A DNA stretch of 64,000 bases, taken from Felis catus. Taxonomy: Eukaryota. A model generated the notes under the pieces. The model did no database searches. It was not told the DNA's origin and saw only the letters and a list, made by a program, of their open reading frames with translations. Below, one piece after another: positions 48,534 to 60,600 of the stretch. The translations under genes were made by a program, and so were the position numbers. Where the stretch lies: assembly GCF_018350175.1 (NCBI RefSeq), contig NC_058368.1:98024001-98088000 (forward strand), given 5' to 3'. Positions within the stretch are counted from its first letter, which is position 1. Each line of letters starts with the position of its first letter.

Positions 48534-50547
48534 AACATAGAATACCTTAAATAGTTGGGAGTCATGACTTTGGCACATACCGGCAAAATAAATTTTGCCT
48601 TGTGTTATCACTCAAGGCTTTCTTCTAGCTTATAGTCATAAAATAAGCTTTACAGAAAATATGGCATATTAAATTGTAATTATTCATATCCTATATCTTT
48701 GCATTCTACTAAGTCTTACGGATTTTAGCTTAATACTAAATTAAAAAAATTTTTTAAGCACCAAGAAAAAAAATAATAACTTCCTATTTGGTAAATCATA
48801 AAATACAAAGAATTAGAATAATTTACCTCTAATTCTACTATGCTGATGCAACTGTTGTTAATATTTTGACAAACATAATTTAATATATTTTAAAATTCTC
48901 AAATAATAAAATCACAATATTTTGTACCTTATGTTTTACATACCATCTTTGTACTTTTTATTTTTTTTTCTTAGTGAATTACTTACAGATTTCTGTAAAA
49001 TATTGAATAGGGATTGTAAGAGAGGCCATGCTTACCTTGTTCTTGATTTTAGGAGGAAAGTATGGAGTCCTCATTTTTTTCACATATGAATTTTTTTGTA
49101 GATGTTTATTATAAAGTTGAGGAAGTTTCCTTCTTTTCCTAGATGGCTCAGAATATTGATCATAAATGGGTATTGGGTTTTTTGAAATGCCTTTTCTGCA
49201 TCTATTGAGATGGTAATGTAGTTTTGTCCTTTATTTTATTTATGTGGTTTATAAGAATTGACTTTGGAACTAACCAATATTGCAATTTTGGGATAAATCT
49301 TACTCAGTCTTTTTGTACATAGTAGGCATTAATTTACTAATATTTTATTGAGGATTTTTGCATTATATTCATAAGATATATTGGTCTATAGTTTTCTTGT
49401 CTTATGCTGTGTTTGTATTTTTTGGATAGTAAGGTAATTGTGGTCTCAAAGCATGATTAGGAAATACTCTCTCTCCTTGTATATTCTCAAGAGATTGTCA
49501 AAAGTTGATACCAATGCTTTCTTAAATGCTTAATAGAATTCACCAATGAAACTATCTGGGCTTGGTACTTTCACTTAGGAAAGTTGTAAATTATTAGTTT
49601 AATTTATTTAATGGATATAAAACTATTCAGATTATTTAGTTTTTCTTGTGTGAGTTTTGATAGTTTGTGTCTTTTAAGGAACTGGTCCATTTCATCTAAT
49701 TGTCAGATTTGTAGGCATAGAGTTGCTTGAACTATTCCTTTACTATTTATTTAATTTCCATGGAATCAGTAGGGATGAACTTTCTTTCATTTGTGGTATC
49801 ATTCATTGATCAATTTGATCTTTTCAAAGTGTGTCTTTGACTTTATTCATTTTTCTTTTTTGTTGATTGGAAATTAATTGCTTTCTGTTCTTTTAATTAT
49901 TTTCTTCTGCTTGGTTTAGGCTTAAATTCTTCTTCTCTGTCTAGTTCTTTAAAGTGGAAGTTTAGGTTATCACTTTTACATTTTTCATATTTTCTGGTGT
50001 ATGGATTTTATTATCATTTAGCCAGAGAACATTTAAAAATTTTTGAAACTTCTTTGAGTCTTGGGTTGTTTGGAGTTGTGTTATTTAATTTTCAAATATT
50101 TGGAGATTTTTCTAGTATCTTTCTGTTCACTCTTTTCTCCCTTTCTGGTATTCCAATTACAGTTGATCCTTGAGCAACACAGGTTTGAACTGTATGAGTC
50201 CACTTATATGGATTTTTTTTCAGTAAATACACTGTAGAACTGTAAATGTATTTGGGATATAGCAAAAACTGTTCTAAAAGGAGAATTTATAGTAATAGAG
50301 GCCTACTTTAAGAAGCCAGAAAAATCTCAAACAATGAAACCTTACACCTAATGGAGCTAGAAAAAGAAGAACAAACAAAACCCTAAACCAGTAGGAGGAA
50401 GGAGGTAATAAAGATTAGAGCAGAAATAAAGGAAATGGAAACTATAAAAACAAACAAACAAAAAACCCCAAAACAGAACAGATCAATGAAACCAAGTGCT
50501 GGTTCTTTGAAAAGATCAACAAAATTGATAAACCTTTAGCTAGACTC

Positions 50548-50549
<2 letters not shown>

Positions 50550-50589
<40 letters not shown>
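50550..50589. repeat. (GA)n microsatellite within L1
   Basis: Directly visible. Confidence 0.95.
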
Positions 50590-50591
<2 letters not shown>

Positions 50592-51045
50592 CGTCTAAAG
50601 TAAACAAAATCAGAAATGAAAGAGAAGTAACAACTGACACCATAGAAATACAAAGGAGTAAGGGAGATATTATGCAAAATTATATGACAACAGACTAGAC
50701 AACCTAGAAGAAATGGATAAATTCCTAGAAACATATAACCTCCAGAATACTGAATCAAGAAGAAATAGAAAATTTGAACAGACCAATTATCAGTAATGAA
50801 ATTAAATCAGTAATTAAAAAAACTCTCAACAAACAAAAGTCCCAGACCAGATGGTTTCACAGGTGATTTCTAGCAAACATTTTAAAAAAAGTTAATACCT
50901 ATTCTTCTGAAAGTATTCCAAAAAAATGGAAGAGGAAGGAAATCTTTCATATTTATCTTATGAGGTCTGTGTTACCCTGATAACAAAACCAGAAGAAGAC
51001 ACTACAAAAAAAGAGAACTACAGGCCAGTGTCCCTTATGAATGAA

Positions 51046-51048
<3 letters not shown>

Positions 51049-51088
<40 letters not shown>
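51049..51088. repeat. (AT)n microsatellite within L1
   Basis: Directly visible. Confidence 0.95.
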
Positions 51089-51090
<2 letters not shown>

Positions 51091-52461
51091 TCAAGAAAAG
51101 ATTAGCAAACTAAATCCAACACTACATTAAAAAAAATCATTCATCACAATCAAGTGGGATTTATTCTTTGGATGCAAGAGTGTTTCATTATTCACAAATC
51201 AATCAATGTAATTAAGAGAAAGGATAAGAACCATATGATCATTTCAGTAGATGTAGAAAAAGCATTTAGCAAAGTACAACATCCATTCATGATAAAAACC
51301 CACAACAAAGTAGTTTTAGAGGGAACATACCTCAACATAATAAAAGCCATATATGAAAAATCCACAGCTAACATCATACTCAGTGGTGAAAAACACAGCT
51401 TTTCCCCTGAAATCAGGAACAAGACAAGGACATCCAATCTCACCACTTTGATTCAACATAGTACTTAAAGTCATAGGCACAACAATCAGACAAGAAAAAG
51501 AAACAAAAGATACCCAGATTGGTAAGGAAGAGGTAAAACTTTCACTATTTTCAGATGACATGATACTATGTATACAAACCCAAAAGACTTCACCAAAAAT
51601 CTACAAGAGTGATAAATGAATTCAGTAAGGTTACAGGATACAAAAACAATAGAAAGAATTGCATTGCATTTCTATACACTAAATAATGAAGTGGAAGAAA
51701 GAGAAATTAAAAAATAGATCCTGTGTACAATTGTACAAAAACCAGTAAAATAGGAATAAACAATCAAAAAAGGAAAGACCTGTAATCTGAAGACTATAAA
51801 ACAATATAAAAGAAATTTAAGACAACACAAAGAAATGGAAAGACATTTCATGCTTATGGGGCGGAAGAACAGATAATGTTAAAAAGTCCATACTTCCAAA
51901 AGCAATCTACAGATTTAATGCAATTCCTATCAAAATACCAACAGCATTTTTCACAGACCTAGAACAGATAACCCTAAAATTTGTGTGGAACCACAAAAGA
52001 TCTCAAACAGCCAAAACAATCTTGAAAAAGAAACAAGACTGGAAGTATCACAATTCCATATTTCAAGTTATATTGCAAAGCAGTTGTAATTAAAACAGTA
52101 TGGTACTGGTATAAAAGTAGACATACAGATCAATGAATAGAATAGAAAACTCAAAAATAAACCCATAATTATATGGTCAATTAATCTTTGACAAAGGAGG
52201 GATGAATATACAATGGGAAAAAGACAGTCTTTTCAATGGATGATGGTGGGAAAACTGGGAAACATCTTGCAGAAGAATGAAGCTGGATGACTTACACAAA
52301 ATAAACTCAAAATGGATTAAAGATGTAAAGATGAGAGCTGAAACCATAGAAATCCTTGAAGAGAGCATAGGCAATAATGTCTTTGGCATTGACCATAGCA
52401 ACATTTTTCCAGATATGTCTCCTAAGGCAAGGAAAATAAAAGCAAAACAAAACAAAAACAG

Positions 52462-52462
<1 letters not shown>

Positions 52463-52505
<43 letters not shown>
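52463..52505. repeat. (AC)n microsatellite within L1
   Basis: Directly visible. Confidence 0.95.
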
Positions 52506-52508
<3 letters not shown>

Positions 52509-55500
52509 CCTATTGGGCTACATCAAAATAAAAAGTTTCTGCACAGTGAAGGAAATAATCAACAAAACTAAAGGGCAGCCTACTGAATGGGAGAAGATAT
52601 TTGCAAATGACATATCCAGTAAAGGGTTAGTATCCAAAATATATAAAGAACTTATATAACTCACACCCAAAACACAAAATCCCTATTAAAAATGGGCAGA
52701 AAACATGAACGTACATTTCTCCATAGAAGACATCCAGTAGGCCAACAGATACATGAAAAAATGCTCAACATCACTCATCATCAGGGAAATGCAAGTCAGA
52801 ACCACAATAAGATACACTGCACACCTGTCAGAATGGTTAAAATCAAAATCACAAGAACTGCCAAGTGTTGGTGAGGATGTGGAGAAAATGGAAACCTCAC
52901 GTATTTTTAGTGGGAATGCAAACTGGTGCAGCTACTCTGGAAAAAAATATAGAGGTTCCTCAAGAAGTTAATAATAGAATTTACCATATGATACAGTGAT
53001 TCCACCACGGGATATTTATCCCAAGAATAAGAAAACACTAATTCAAAAAGATATTTGCACCCCTGTGTTTATCACAGCACTCTGTACAATAGCCAAATTA
53101 TGGAAGCGGTCCAAGTGTCCAGTGATAGATAGATGGATAAAGAACAGATGTTTTATATATATTTACATATATAAATTTATAAGTATAATTATATGAAATC
53201 TTGCCCTTTGCAACAACATGAATGGATCTAGATAATATACTGCTAAATTAAATAAGTACATCAGAGAAATACAGCTACCATGGTATCTATATATAGGTGG
53301 AATTTGAGAAGTAAAACAAATGAATAAAGACAAAAGGGACAAACCAAAGACAGACTCTTAACTATAGAGAACAAACTGATGGTTACTAGAGGGGGTGAGT
53401 GGGTGAAATAAGTGAAGGAGATTGGTTACTAGAGGGGGTGAGTGGGTGAAATAAGTGAAGGAGATTGAAGCATACTTACTATGATGAGCACTGGGTGATG
53501 TATGGAATTGTTGAATCATTATATTGTAACTATACTGGAATTAAAAAAAAGGAACTCTAAATGTTTTTCTCAAGATTTTCTTAGTAAAATTTTCTTTACT
53601 CCAGTTTACTTTATTGTAAGAATATAGTATATAACAAATATAACATACAAAATATGTGTTTATTGACTATTTATGTTGTCACTAAGGCTTCTGGTCAATA
53701 GCAGGCTATTAATAGTTAAGCTTTTGAGAAGCTGCCCATAAATCCCACATTGTTCAAGAGTCAACTGTGTATGTGTAACATTTTTTGATATTGTCCCACA
53801 GTTCTTGAATGTTCTGCCTTTTTTTTTTGTTTTTTTTCATTCTTTCATTTCAGTTTGGGAAGTTTCTGTGAACCTATATTTAAGGTCACTGATTGTTTCC
53901 TCAGCCATATTGAGTCTACTGATTAGCCCCCTAAAGGTCTTTTTTATTCCTGGAACAGTCTTTTTGATTTCTACCATTTCTGTTTGACTTCTCTTAGAAT
54001 GTTCATCTCACTTCTTACATTATTTATATTTTTGCATGTTGTCTGTCTACTTTTTAACATTAGAGACCTAAGATATTAATTATACTTACTTTAAATTCCC
54101 TTTGTGGTAATTTCAACAGTTGTGTCACATCTGACACAATTCTGAGTCTGGTGAGTGCTCTGGCTCTGTAGACTGTTCTCTTGTCTTTAGTCATGTCTTA
54201 CAGTCTTTTATGAAAGACAGACTTGTTGGCTAGGGTAATAGGAACTGGGGTAAATAGGCCATTCGTAAGAGGGGACATATGTTAATATGGCAAGGATGTG
54301 GTCTATGTTTAATGTTCTCTGTAGCCTTATGTGCCAGACAATTCAGATTCTTTTAGTGTCCTTGTTTTTGTCTCTCCTCTTGACTGTAAGCTTTTCCAAG
54401 TATTCCTCCTCATGGAGAGTCTGTGCCTTGTTACTCTCTGAGTTGTAATCTACTATTATTGTTGTTATATAATTATTGTATATTATTTTATTATAATTAT
54501 TACTATTGCATTATAATTATCACATATTGTATTATATTGGAAGTATTATATTATACTGGAGCCCTGTATTATAGTAAGCTGTTGGGGAGGGAAGAACATT
54601 CTATATCTTCTGATTAAATCTTAGTCGTTTAGGGGGCCAGTGTCTCACAGCTGTAATCTTTACATTTGTTTCTCTAGTGGTATGGCTTTCCCCTCCCTCC
54701 CTGCATTCTACATACTTTCTCTCAATACACCATTCCCAATGTATTTTATTGAAGTTCTGACCCTTGTTGACTTCTCTTTTCTGTTAGGGGAGACAGGAAG
54801 ACCAGAGGAAGATGGTGTGGTAGGAATTCTCTTTTTCCAGCTAAGACAAGGCTCTGGCAATGTCCTTTTCCCTGGAGAGTAGGCTTCGGTGTGGAGTTAA
54901 GCTCTGGGCTTATTTCACAGTGATTACTCTTCCCTTCCTTCTGTCAGGGCCACAAAAAGGTCTTTCTCAGATCTTCATTGTGAGAATCTGTTGGTTTTCC
55001 CAGAGGAAAGGCCCACAAAATTGTGGGTACCCTCCCCTCAAGAATCCAGCTCCCAAGAATTTCTTACTTTGAAAGTAGTCCACATTCAGCCTCCAGCAAT
55101 TCAAGAAATTAACATTTAAACGTTCTTATCAGTTACTGGCTCCAGAGGCTTCTCTACATGAGCAGATCTTGGTTGTGTCTCTTTGAATATACTTGTCTCC
55201 CCAGATTTCCTGGTGACAGTTTCCCCCAAGACCTCAGTTTCTCTGATATCTAAGACACAAAGTCTTTGATTTTTGGTATGTTCAGCTTCTTTTTGTGTGT
55301 GTGGGGATGGAAATGACAACTTCCAGGCTTTTTATGTATCAGAGATAAAAGTAGACATCCTCCTCCCAATTTTAAACTAAATCAACCATGCTACCAAAAG
55401 CAGAGTAGATATGCTTATTTTAAATATTAGTTGGAGTAAACATCTTTTGTTCTTGGCAGTTATATTTGATTTGCTTTTTATAGCCATAAAATAATATGCT

Positions 55501-57141
55501 TGTCAGTATATATATCTAAAGATAGCTATCCATACATTTATTATTATTTCAACAAATATAAAAGTTGCTTTCTTAGAATAAAAATGCAACTTTTGTGACT
55601 TTAACTGAGATAAAATGTGAAGTATAGTTATAAAACTATCCACGGTGGACTCCTCCAATAACTTTCATTTGTGGTTTTTAAATTATTTTTAGACATCCCA
55701 TCTTTAACCAGCCTGTTATTTTCCTTGTGGAAACAGCATGGTGTTAGGGATCTTTCACCATTTAAAAAATAGAAACATCAAGAGGTCACCTAAGTTTTTA
55801 TGTGTTAATGCAACATCTCAACATCCATTTCGTGGACTCGATATTCACATGATTGTTGAACAGTTTTGAGTCTGGCCATGTAAGTTAGCCAAGTAATTGA
55901 AATCAAGTTACAGTTTTCAGGCTTTAAGGTAAGGAGTAAGAGCCATCACCATTTTATATAGGGAGACATTCAGAAGAATTCTGTGGAATTAATGATAAAG
56001 CTCAGGTTACAATAGAAGCTTTTCTTAAGTCAGGTGTATGAGTAGTGGTCAGTATCATCTGCAGTGATAGGTATTTATCAGTCATCTCCAAAGAGAAATT
56101 CTCATTAATCTTACTGTGTGTGTGCTGTGGCCCTTCCTCCAGTACCCGGTAGAGATGGAACATGCTATTTGGCATTGTAAATACTGTAAGATTTTTACCT
56201 TATTAAAAATGTGGGTGGTTTTATCTTACTCAATTGTTTCTGCACGGCATAGTGTGTACTTGTCTGTGCTTGACATGGATGCTTAATGTTTACTTGTCAG
56301 CTTTTCAACTGAGGCCTGCTTTTTGAGGGTAGGCTGAGTTTGCTTAAATCTCAGATACAACCTAGGATAGATAAATGGGGCAACACCAGATCCTATAGGT
56401 AAAATTTTATTTTAGAAGTCAAAGGGAATGAACACACGTGAGAGACATAAGCATTTTGATGCTAAATAGTTAACTGAAGAAGATATTCCCAGAAATGAAG
56501 AAACAGGAATCTCATTCTGCATCTCCTGGGAAGCTCCTGCCATCTGTTAATGAGAACAAAATAAAGCATTCCATGGCACAGTGGAAGATAACAGAAGACT
56601 AAAGTGCAGCTCATGATCCTGGGAAAATGATTGACGTGAGGGGAAATTATGCCCTTGAGATGTAGCAAGAGGGAAGGAATGGCTCGTTTTACTTACTGTT
56701 AATAATGCCTCTTTTCCTGCTTAGAGTCTAGGCTGCACTTTCAGGCAGAAGTTAGGAGCCCAGTGCTCCTTATTTTGACCTTAGTCTGGTTGCCTCGGTT
56801 TAGAGACAAGGCAACATGGAACCAATACCAGCCAGGGTGTTGACCACAAAGTGCTCACTTGTGGGTGAGATAGTAAGGGAATCAGAGTTGTAATACTTAA
56901 GTCCTCCTAATGCTGAATATTGGCACACTCTCTGATATGTCTCTCTGCTTATCGTCTTTCCCAAAAGCCGGATACTGTTGGATTGTCAAGGAAGTAGGAT
57001 AAGGAGGGTAGTGTGTTCATGGATTAGTGGCAGGAAGGGATCTAGGAGTTACTCCCAGCACCTTCCCAGACTAAACTTTTAATGAACAACTTCTAATGTT
57101 TTCTAAGCAGATGTGGTGGGTATAAAACTGCATGCTTACTC

Positions 57142-57318
57142 CAGTGTTTCCCAAATTTTGCTCACATTAGAATCAGCTGGGTGTCTTAAAAAATTATTGA
57201 TGCCTGGTTCCCACCCCCTAGACATTCCAACTTAATTGGTATTAGCTTTTACCTGGCATTGGGATTTTCAAAGTTTCCCCAGGTGCTTCTAATGTGCAGC
57301 AAAGTTTTAGAACCACTG
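57142..57318 (-). mobile_element. MER5-type hAT-Charlie MITE
   Basis: TIRs cagtgtttcccaaa / ttttagaaccactg; 'cacattagaatca', 'ccccaggtgcttctaatgtgcagc'. Confidence 0.85.
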
Positions 57319-58734
57319 CTTTAGTCTCAAAAAATTTGGTGCTGTATATAGGTTACTTTGGTTCTGTAGGAATCAAAGATCCTATAGAGAATTTGCCAAT
57401 ATATTTCAGTTTGCCGGGGCACAAGCTAGTTTGGTGTTTGTTATCTTTACATTGGCCCAATGTGACTTCTCAGTAGTTATTCCCAATTAGCTAAGAGTTT
57501 CTCACAGATTTTAATGAATAGGAACTTAGCACAAGTGATTGGCGTTCCCATCTGAGATTGCTCAGATAATCTCGGAAGCATGGCAGTTGGTCAGTCTTTA
57601 AATTCTTCAGAGAGGAAATCTTTCAAACGATGCTGCCCATACTTTAAAAGAGTTGACCATTATAAAATTGTTGTAATTGCTAATTTCCAACTTTGGGTTG
57701 GAGGCAAAAGTTAGCACTTGCTATACTTCTGGGATTGTGCTGGATATAATATTAAAATTAATGTCATTTTCCACAAAATTTTGTATATGTTCATCCCATT
57801 TTTTTCCCCGTGAAATATGAAAGTCATGACAGTCTCATCACATTACTTTCATGAAAATGGGAACTTTGAAAGAAAACATCAGGGGGAAGGAAATTTGTAA
57901 GCATAGAATGGGTATCTAATAGTGGAGCTTTAGGCGTCAGGCAGGGCAGTATTTTTAGGGGGAGGGACCTCATGTCCAGTCTCAGGGCCACTTTTTTTTC
58001 ACTCTTATTTGACTCCTCCTTTGATCTGTGGCCAGCTCTTATCTGTCTTTCCTTAGTCTCATATTTGGATTAGTCTTGTGTCTCAGGAATAGCACCTCAA
58101 TCTGGAATACGTTGGAGTAACAAACAAAACAAAGCAAAATTTCGTGTGAACACTCCTTAGGAATTGCTAATGCATTTGTAAGTTCTCTATGGATAGTGAT
58201 CATTTTTTTTTTTTTTTTTATTCCCAGCTAAGGAAGAATCTTCTGAAGATTTTTTCAACAGAACCTTCTGTTGAAAAGGAGTTTTTACCTTTATGCACAT
58301 GTCTAGCTTTGCAGGTAATATGGCCTAAAAAAGAGAACAGGCATCCCAGATTTTCCCTGGCCAGGTGAAAAGCATCACCAGCCATATGGTACTCAAGTCT
58401 GAAATCTTGCAGTCACTTGAAAATTTTACCCTAGCCTCTTATTAATTGGTTACTAAGTTCTCTTAGGGCTATTTTGAAAACTCTCCTGAATTTTTCCTAC
58501 TTCACTATTCCCACATCTTTGCCTCATTTCTGGCCCTAATTGTGTCTCACCTGAATTGAAACAACAGTTTTCTCTTTCACCTGGAAAATGGACCATCTAC
58601 CCAAAATATAATATGCACTGTGGCCCAGGTGCGGGTGGGTTATAAGAGCTGAAGTTCATGCAGGTACTTAGGAATAAAGCTTCTGACCAAGGAAAAGGTA
58701 GAGAAGTTTACATAAGTTGTCTTTATATCTTAAA

Positions 58735-59015
58735 AACTCTTTTATTATGAGGTATAATCCACCTGTAGAAAAAGTACACAAAAATATTTGCAGCTTGGTG
58801 AATTATCACAAGGATAACAGTCATGCAGCCCCCATGCATGGGAAAGAATAGAGTGTCGCTACACCTCAGAAACTTCCATTGCTCCTTGTCAATCACAGTC
58901 CCTTTTTCCTTCCCAAAGATAACCCATTATTCTGATGTCTACCTCTGTAGTACATTTATGTCTATTTTTGAACTTAATATAAATGGAGTTGTGTAAAAGT
59001 CATATCTTCAACACT
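58735..59015 (-). mobile_element. Old L1MC/ME 3' end fragment
   Basis: 'ttattatgaggtataat', 'gcttggtgaattatcacaa', 'tttgaacttaatataaatgga'. Confidence 0.7.
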
Positions 59016-59466
59016 GTGTGTGTGCTTTGCAAGTTCTTCCCTAGTCATGCCATCATGCTCTGTTGGAATAAATTGAGTTAACCATTGCTTACCCTCAGGC
59101 CTTGAGAAGATATTACTCATTTAATAGTTCTCTATTCTTTTGTTTTCTGTCACACCAAGTTCCACCATGACACTGAAATTCATAGATCAAGAGGCTCTTT
59201 TTGCCTTTCCCTGGAGTTCCAGGATGGCAGGATGTAGCCCGAGGGAAGGTGCTGAGGACAGTAGGATTCTATCGCTTACTTCTCAATGCATATTTCCTAC
59301 CTTTAAGAGCTTTCACAGACGGGATGCCCTACCCCTCGTTTCTTGACCTCTAAGTGCCCCTAGGGACCTTCTTAACCACAATTACATCTTGTTAAAGATT
59401 TCCCTGGGAACGCAGGCACTACTTGCCTTTTTTACTTTCATTTGTTTTCATTTAAAAACAGGGGGA

Positions 59467-59706
59467 GGGGCGCCTGGGTGGCGCAGTCAGTTAAGCATCC
59501 GACTTCAGCCAGGTCACGATCTCGCGGTCCGTGAGTTCGAGCCCCGCGTCAGGCTCTGGGCTGATGGCTCGGAGCCTAGAGCCTGTTTCCGATTCTGTGT
59601 CTCCCTCTCTCTCTGCCCCTCCCCAGCTCATGCTCTGTCTCTCTCTGTCCCCAAAATAAATAAAAAAACGTTGAAAAAAATTTTTTTTTAAAATAAAAAA
59701 AAATAA
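59467..59706 (+). mobile_element. Young felid SINEC_Fc
   Basis: CpG-intact body 'cacgatctcgcggtccgtgagttcgagccccgcgtcaggctc' with composite A/T tail. Confidence 0.96.
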
Positions 59707-60099
59707 AAACGGGGAAATGCCTTTGCTTCACTTTGAGAAAGCAACGTAAAAACAACTTTTGTGTCCCTTTGAGTAGAAGGGAATCTTCTAGGCCACTGGG
59801 GCATTCATCCAGTGGGTGCCTGGTAAGTTTATCCTCATAATCAAATAATTTTTCTAATAAGATACTTAATGGACATAGAGATAGGGATAACGGAGATGTA
59901 GAATGCTGTGTAATATTTGCTATTTTTTAATACTATTAAAAGGAACTAAGAAAATGCACATAGATCCTTTATAATTATGATAGCCTACTCCATAGAACTT
60001 TTATTTAATTGTAATTTATAATATAAAATTGCATAATTGTAAACTCTGTTGCCTACACCTCAGGCACCTAGCTATTTCTAGGTATCTTTTCTCCTGCTG

Positions 60100-60360
60100 G
60101 AGTTCTCTCCCCAGCTTTCCTTGTTCAAAGCCATGTTCATGTCACATTCCTCCAGGAATACTTCGTGAAGCCTGGTTTGGGAAGATGACCCTTCTTTCTG
60201 CTCTCTTATAACACCTTGTGTCTTTGTCTTACTATATTAAAATCCTCTATATATCTGTTTCTCCCGCTAAACGGAAGCTCTTCAATATCAGTATTTTTTT
60301 CCTATTATTTGTGTACTCTAGTACAATGCCAGTCAGGGATAACTATTTGTTGAATTGAGT
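60100..60360 (+). mobile_element. L2 3' end
   Basis: 'atgtcacattcctccagga', 'tctcccgctaaacggaagctc', 'ctagtacaatgcc...tatttgttgaattga'. Confidence 0.7.
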
Positions 60361-60411
60361 TGGTGATGCGTAACACTATAGGTGATCAAAGACTAAAATT
60401 GTGATCTAGGG

Positions 60412-60600
60412 CAGTGGTTCACCAAGAGTGCTCCCCAGACCAGAACCATCAGCGTCACTGAAGAACTTGTTAGAAATGCACGTTTTCCAGCTCTACTCCA
60501 GACGTACTGAACCAGAAACCCTGCGGGTGGGCCTCAGCCATCTGTGGTTTGGCAAACACTCTAGCTGATTCTGAGGCATCTTAAAGTTTGAGAGCCACCA
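60412..60600 (+). mobile_element. MER5A hAT-Charlie MITE
   Basis: 'cagtggttc...ccagaccag...gaacttgttagaaatgca...actgaaccagaaacc...aaagtttgagagccac'. Confidence 0.9.

Larger units (their letters stand above)
50254..53551 (+). mobile_element. 5'-truncated carnivore L1 (ORF2 and 3'UTR), degenerate
   Basis: ORF2 fragments ([41 protein letters not shown]); 17-bp TSD gaact(g/c)taaatgt(a/t)ttt at 50237-50253 and 53552-53568. Confidence 0.93.
50160..53767 (+). mobile_element. Tigger2a-like Tc1/mariner MITE split by an L1 (pieces 50160-50253 and 53552-53767)
   Basis: TIRs cagttgatccttgagcaac / attgttcaagagtcaactg; TA at 50158-50159 (right copy reads TG). Confidence 0.85.
48960..55340 (-). mobile_element. 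Ancient L1M (ORF2 part, ORF1, 5' region) split by a Tigger/L1 nest (pieces 48960-50159 and 53768-55340)
   Basis: Antisense ORF2 RT motifs ('tagaattcaccaatgaaactatctgggc'); ORF1-like 'ctttctggtattccaatta' continues after the nest as 'tgtatgtgtaacattttttgatattgtcccacag'. Confidence 0.7.

Noticed and set aside
2844..59691. Many 60-100 aa ORFs with motifs such as 'FEPRVRLWADGSEPGACFRFCVSLSL' or 'SLSLSLS'
   Set aside because: These are translations of Can-SINE bodies and (CT)n tracts, not genes.
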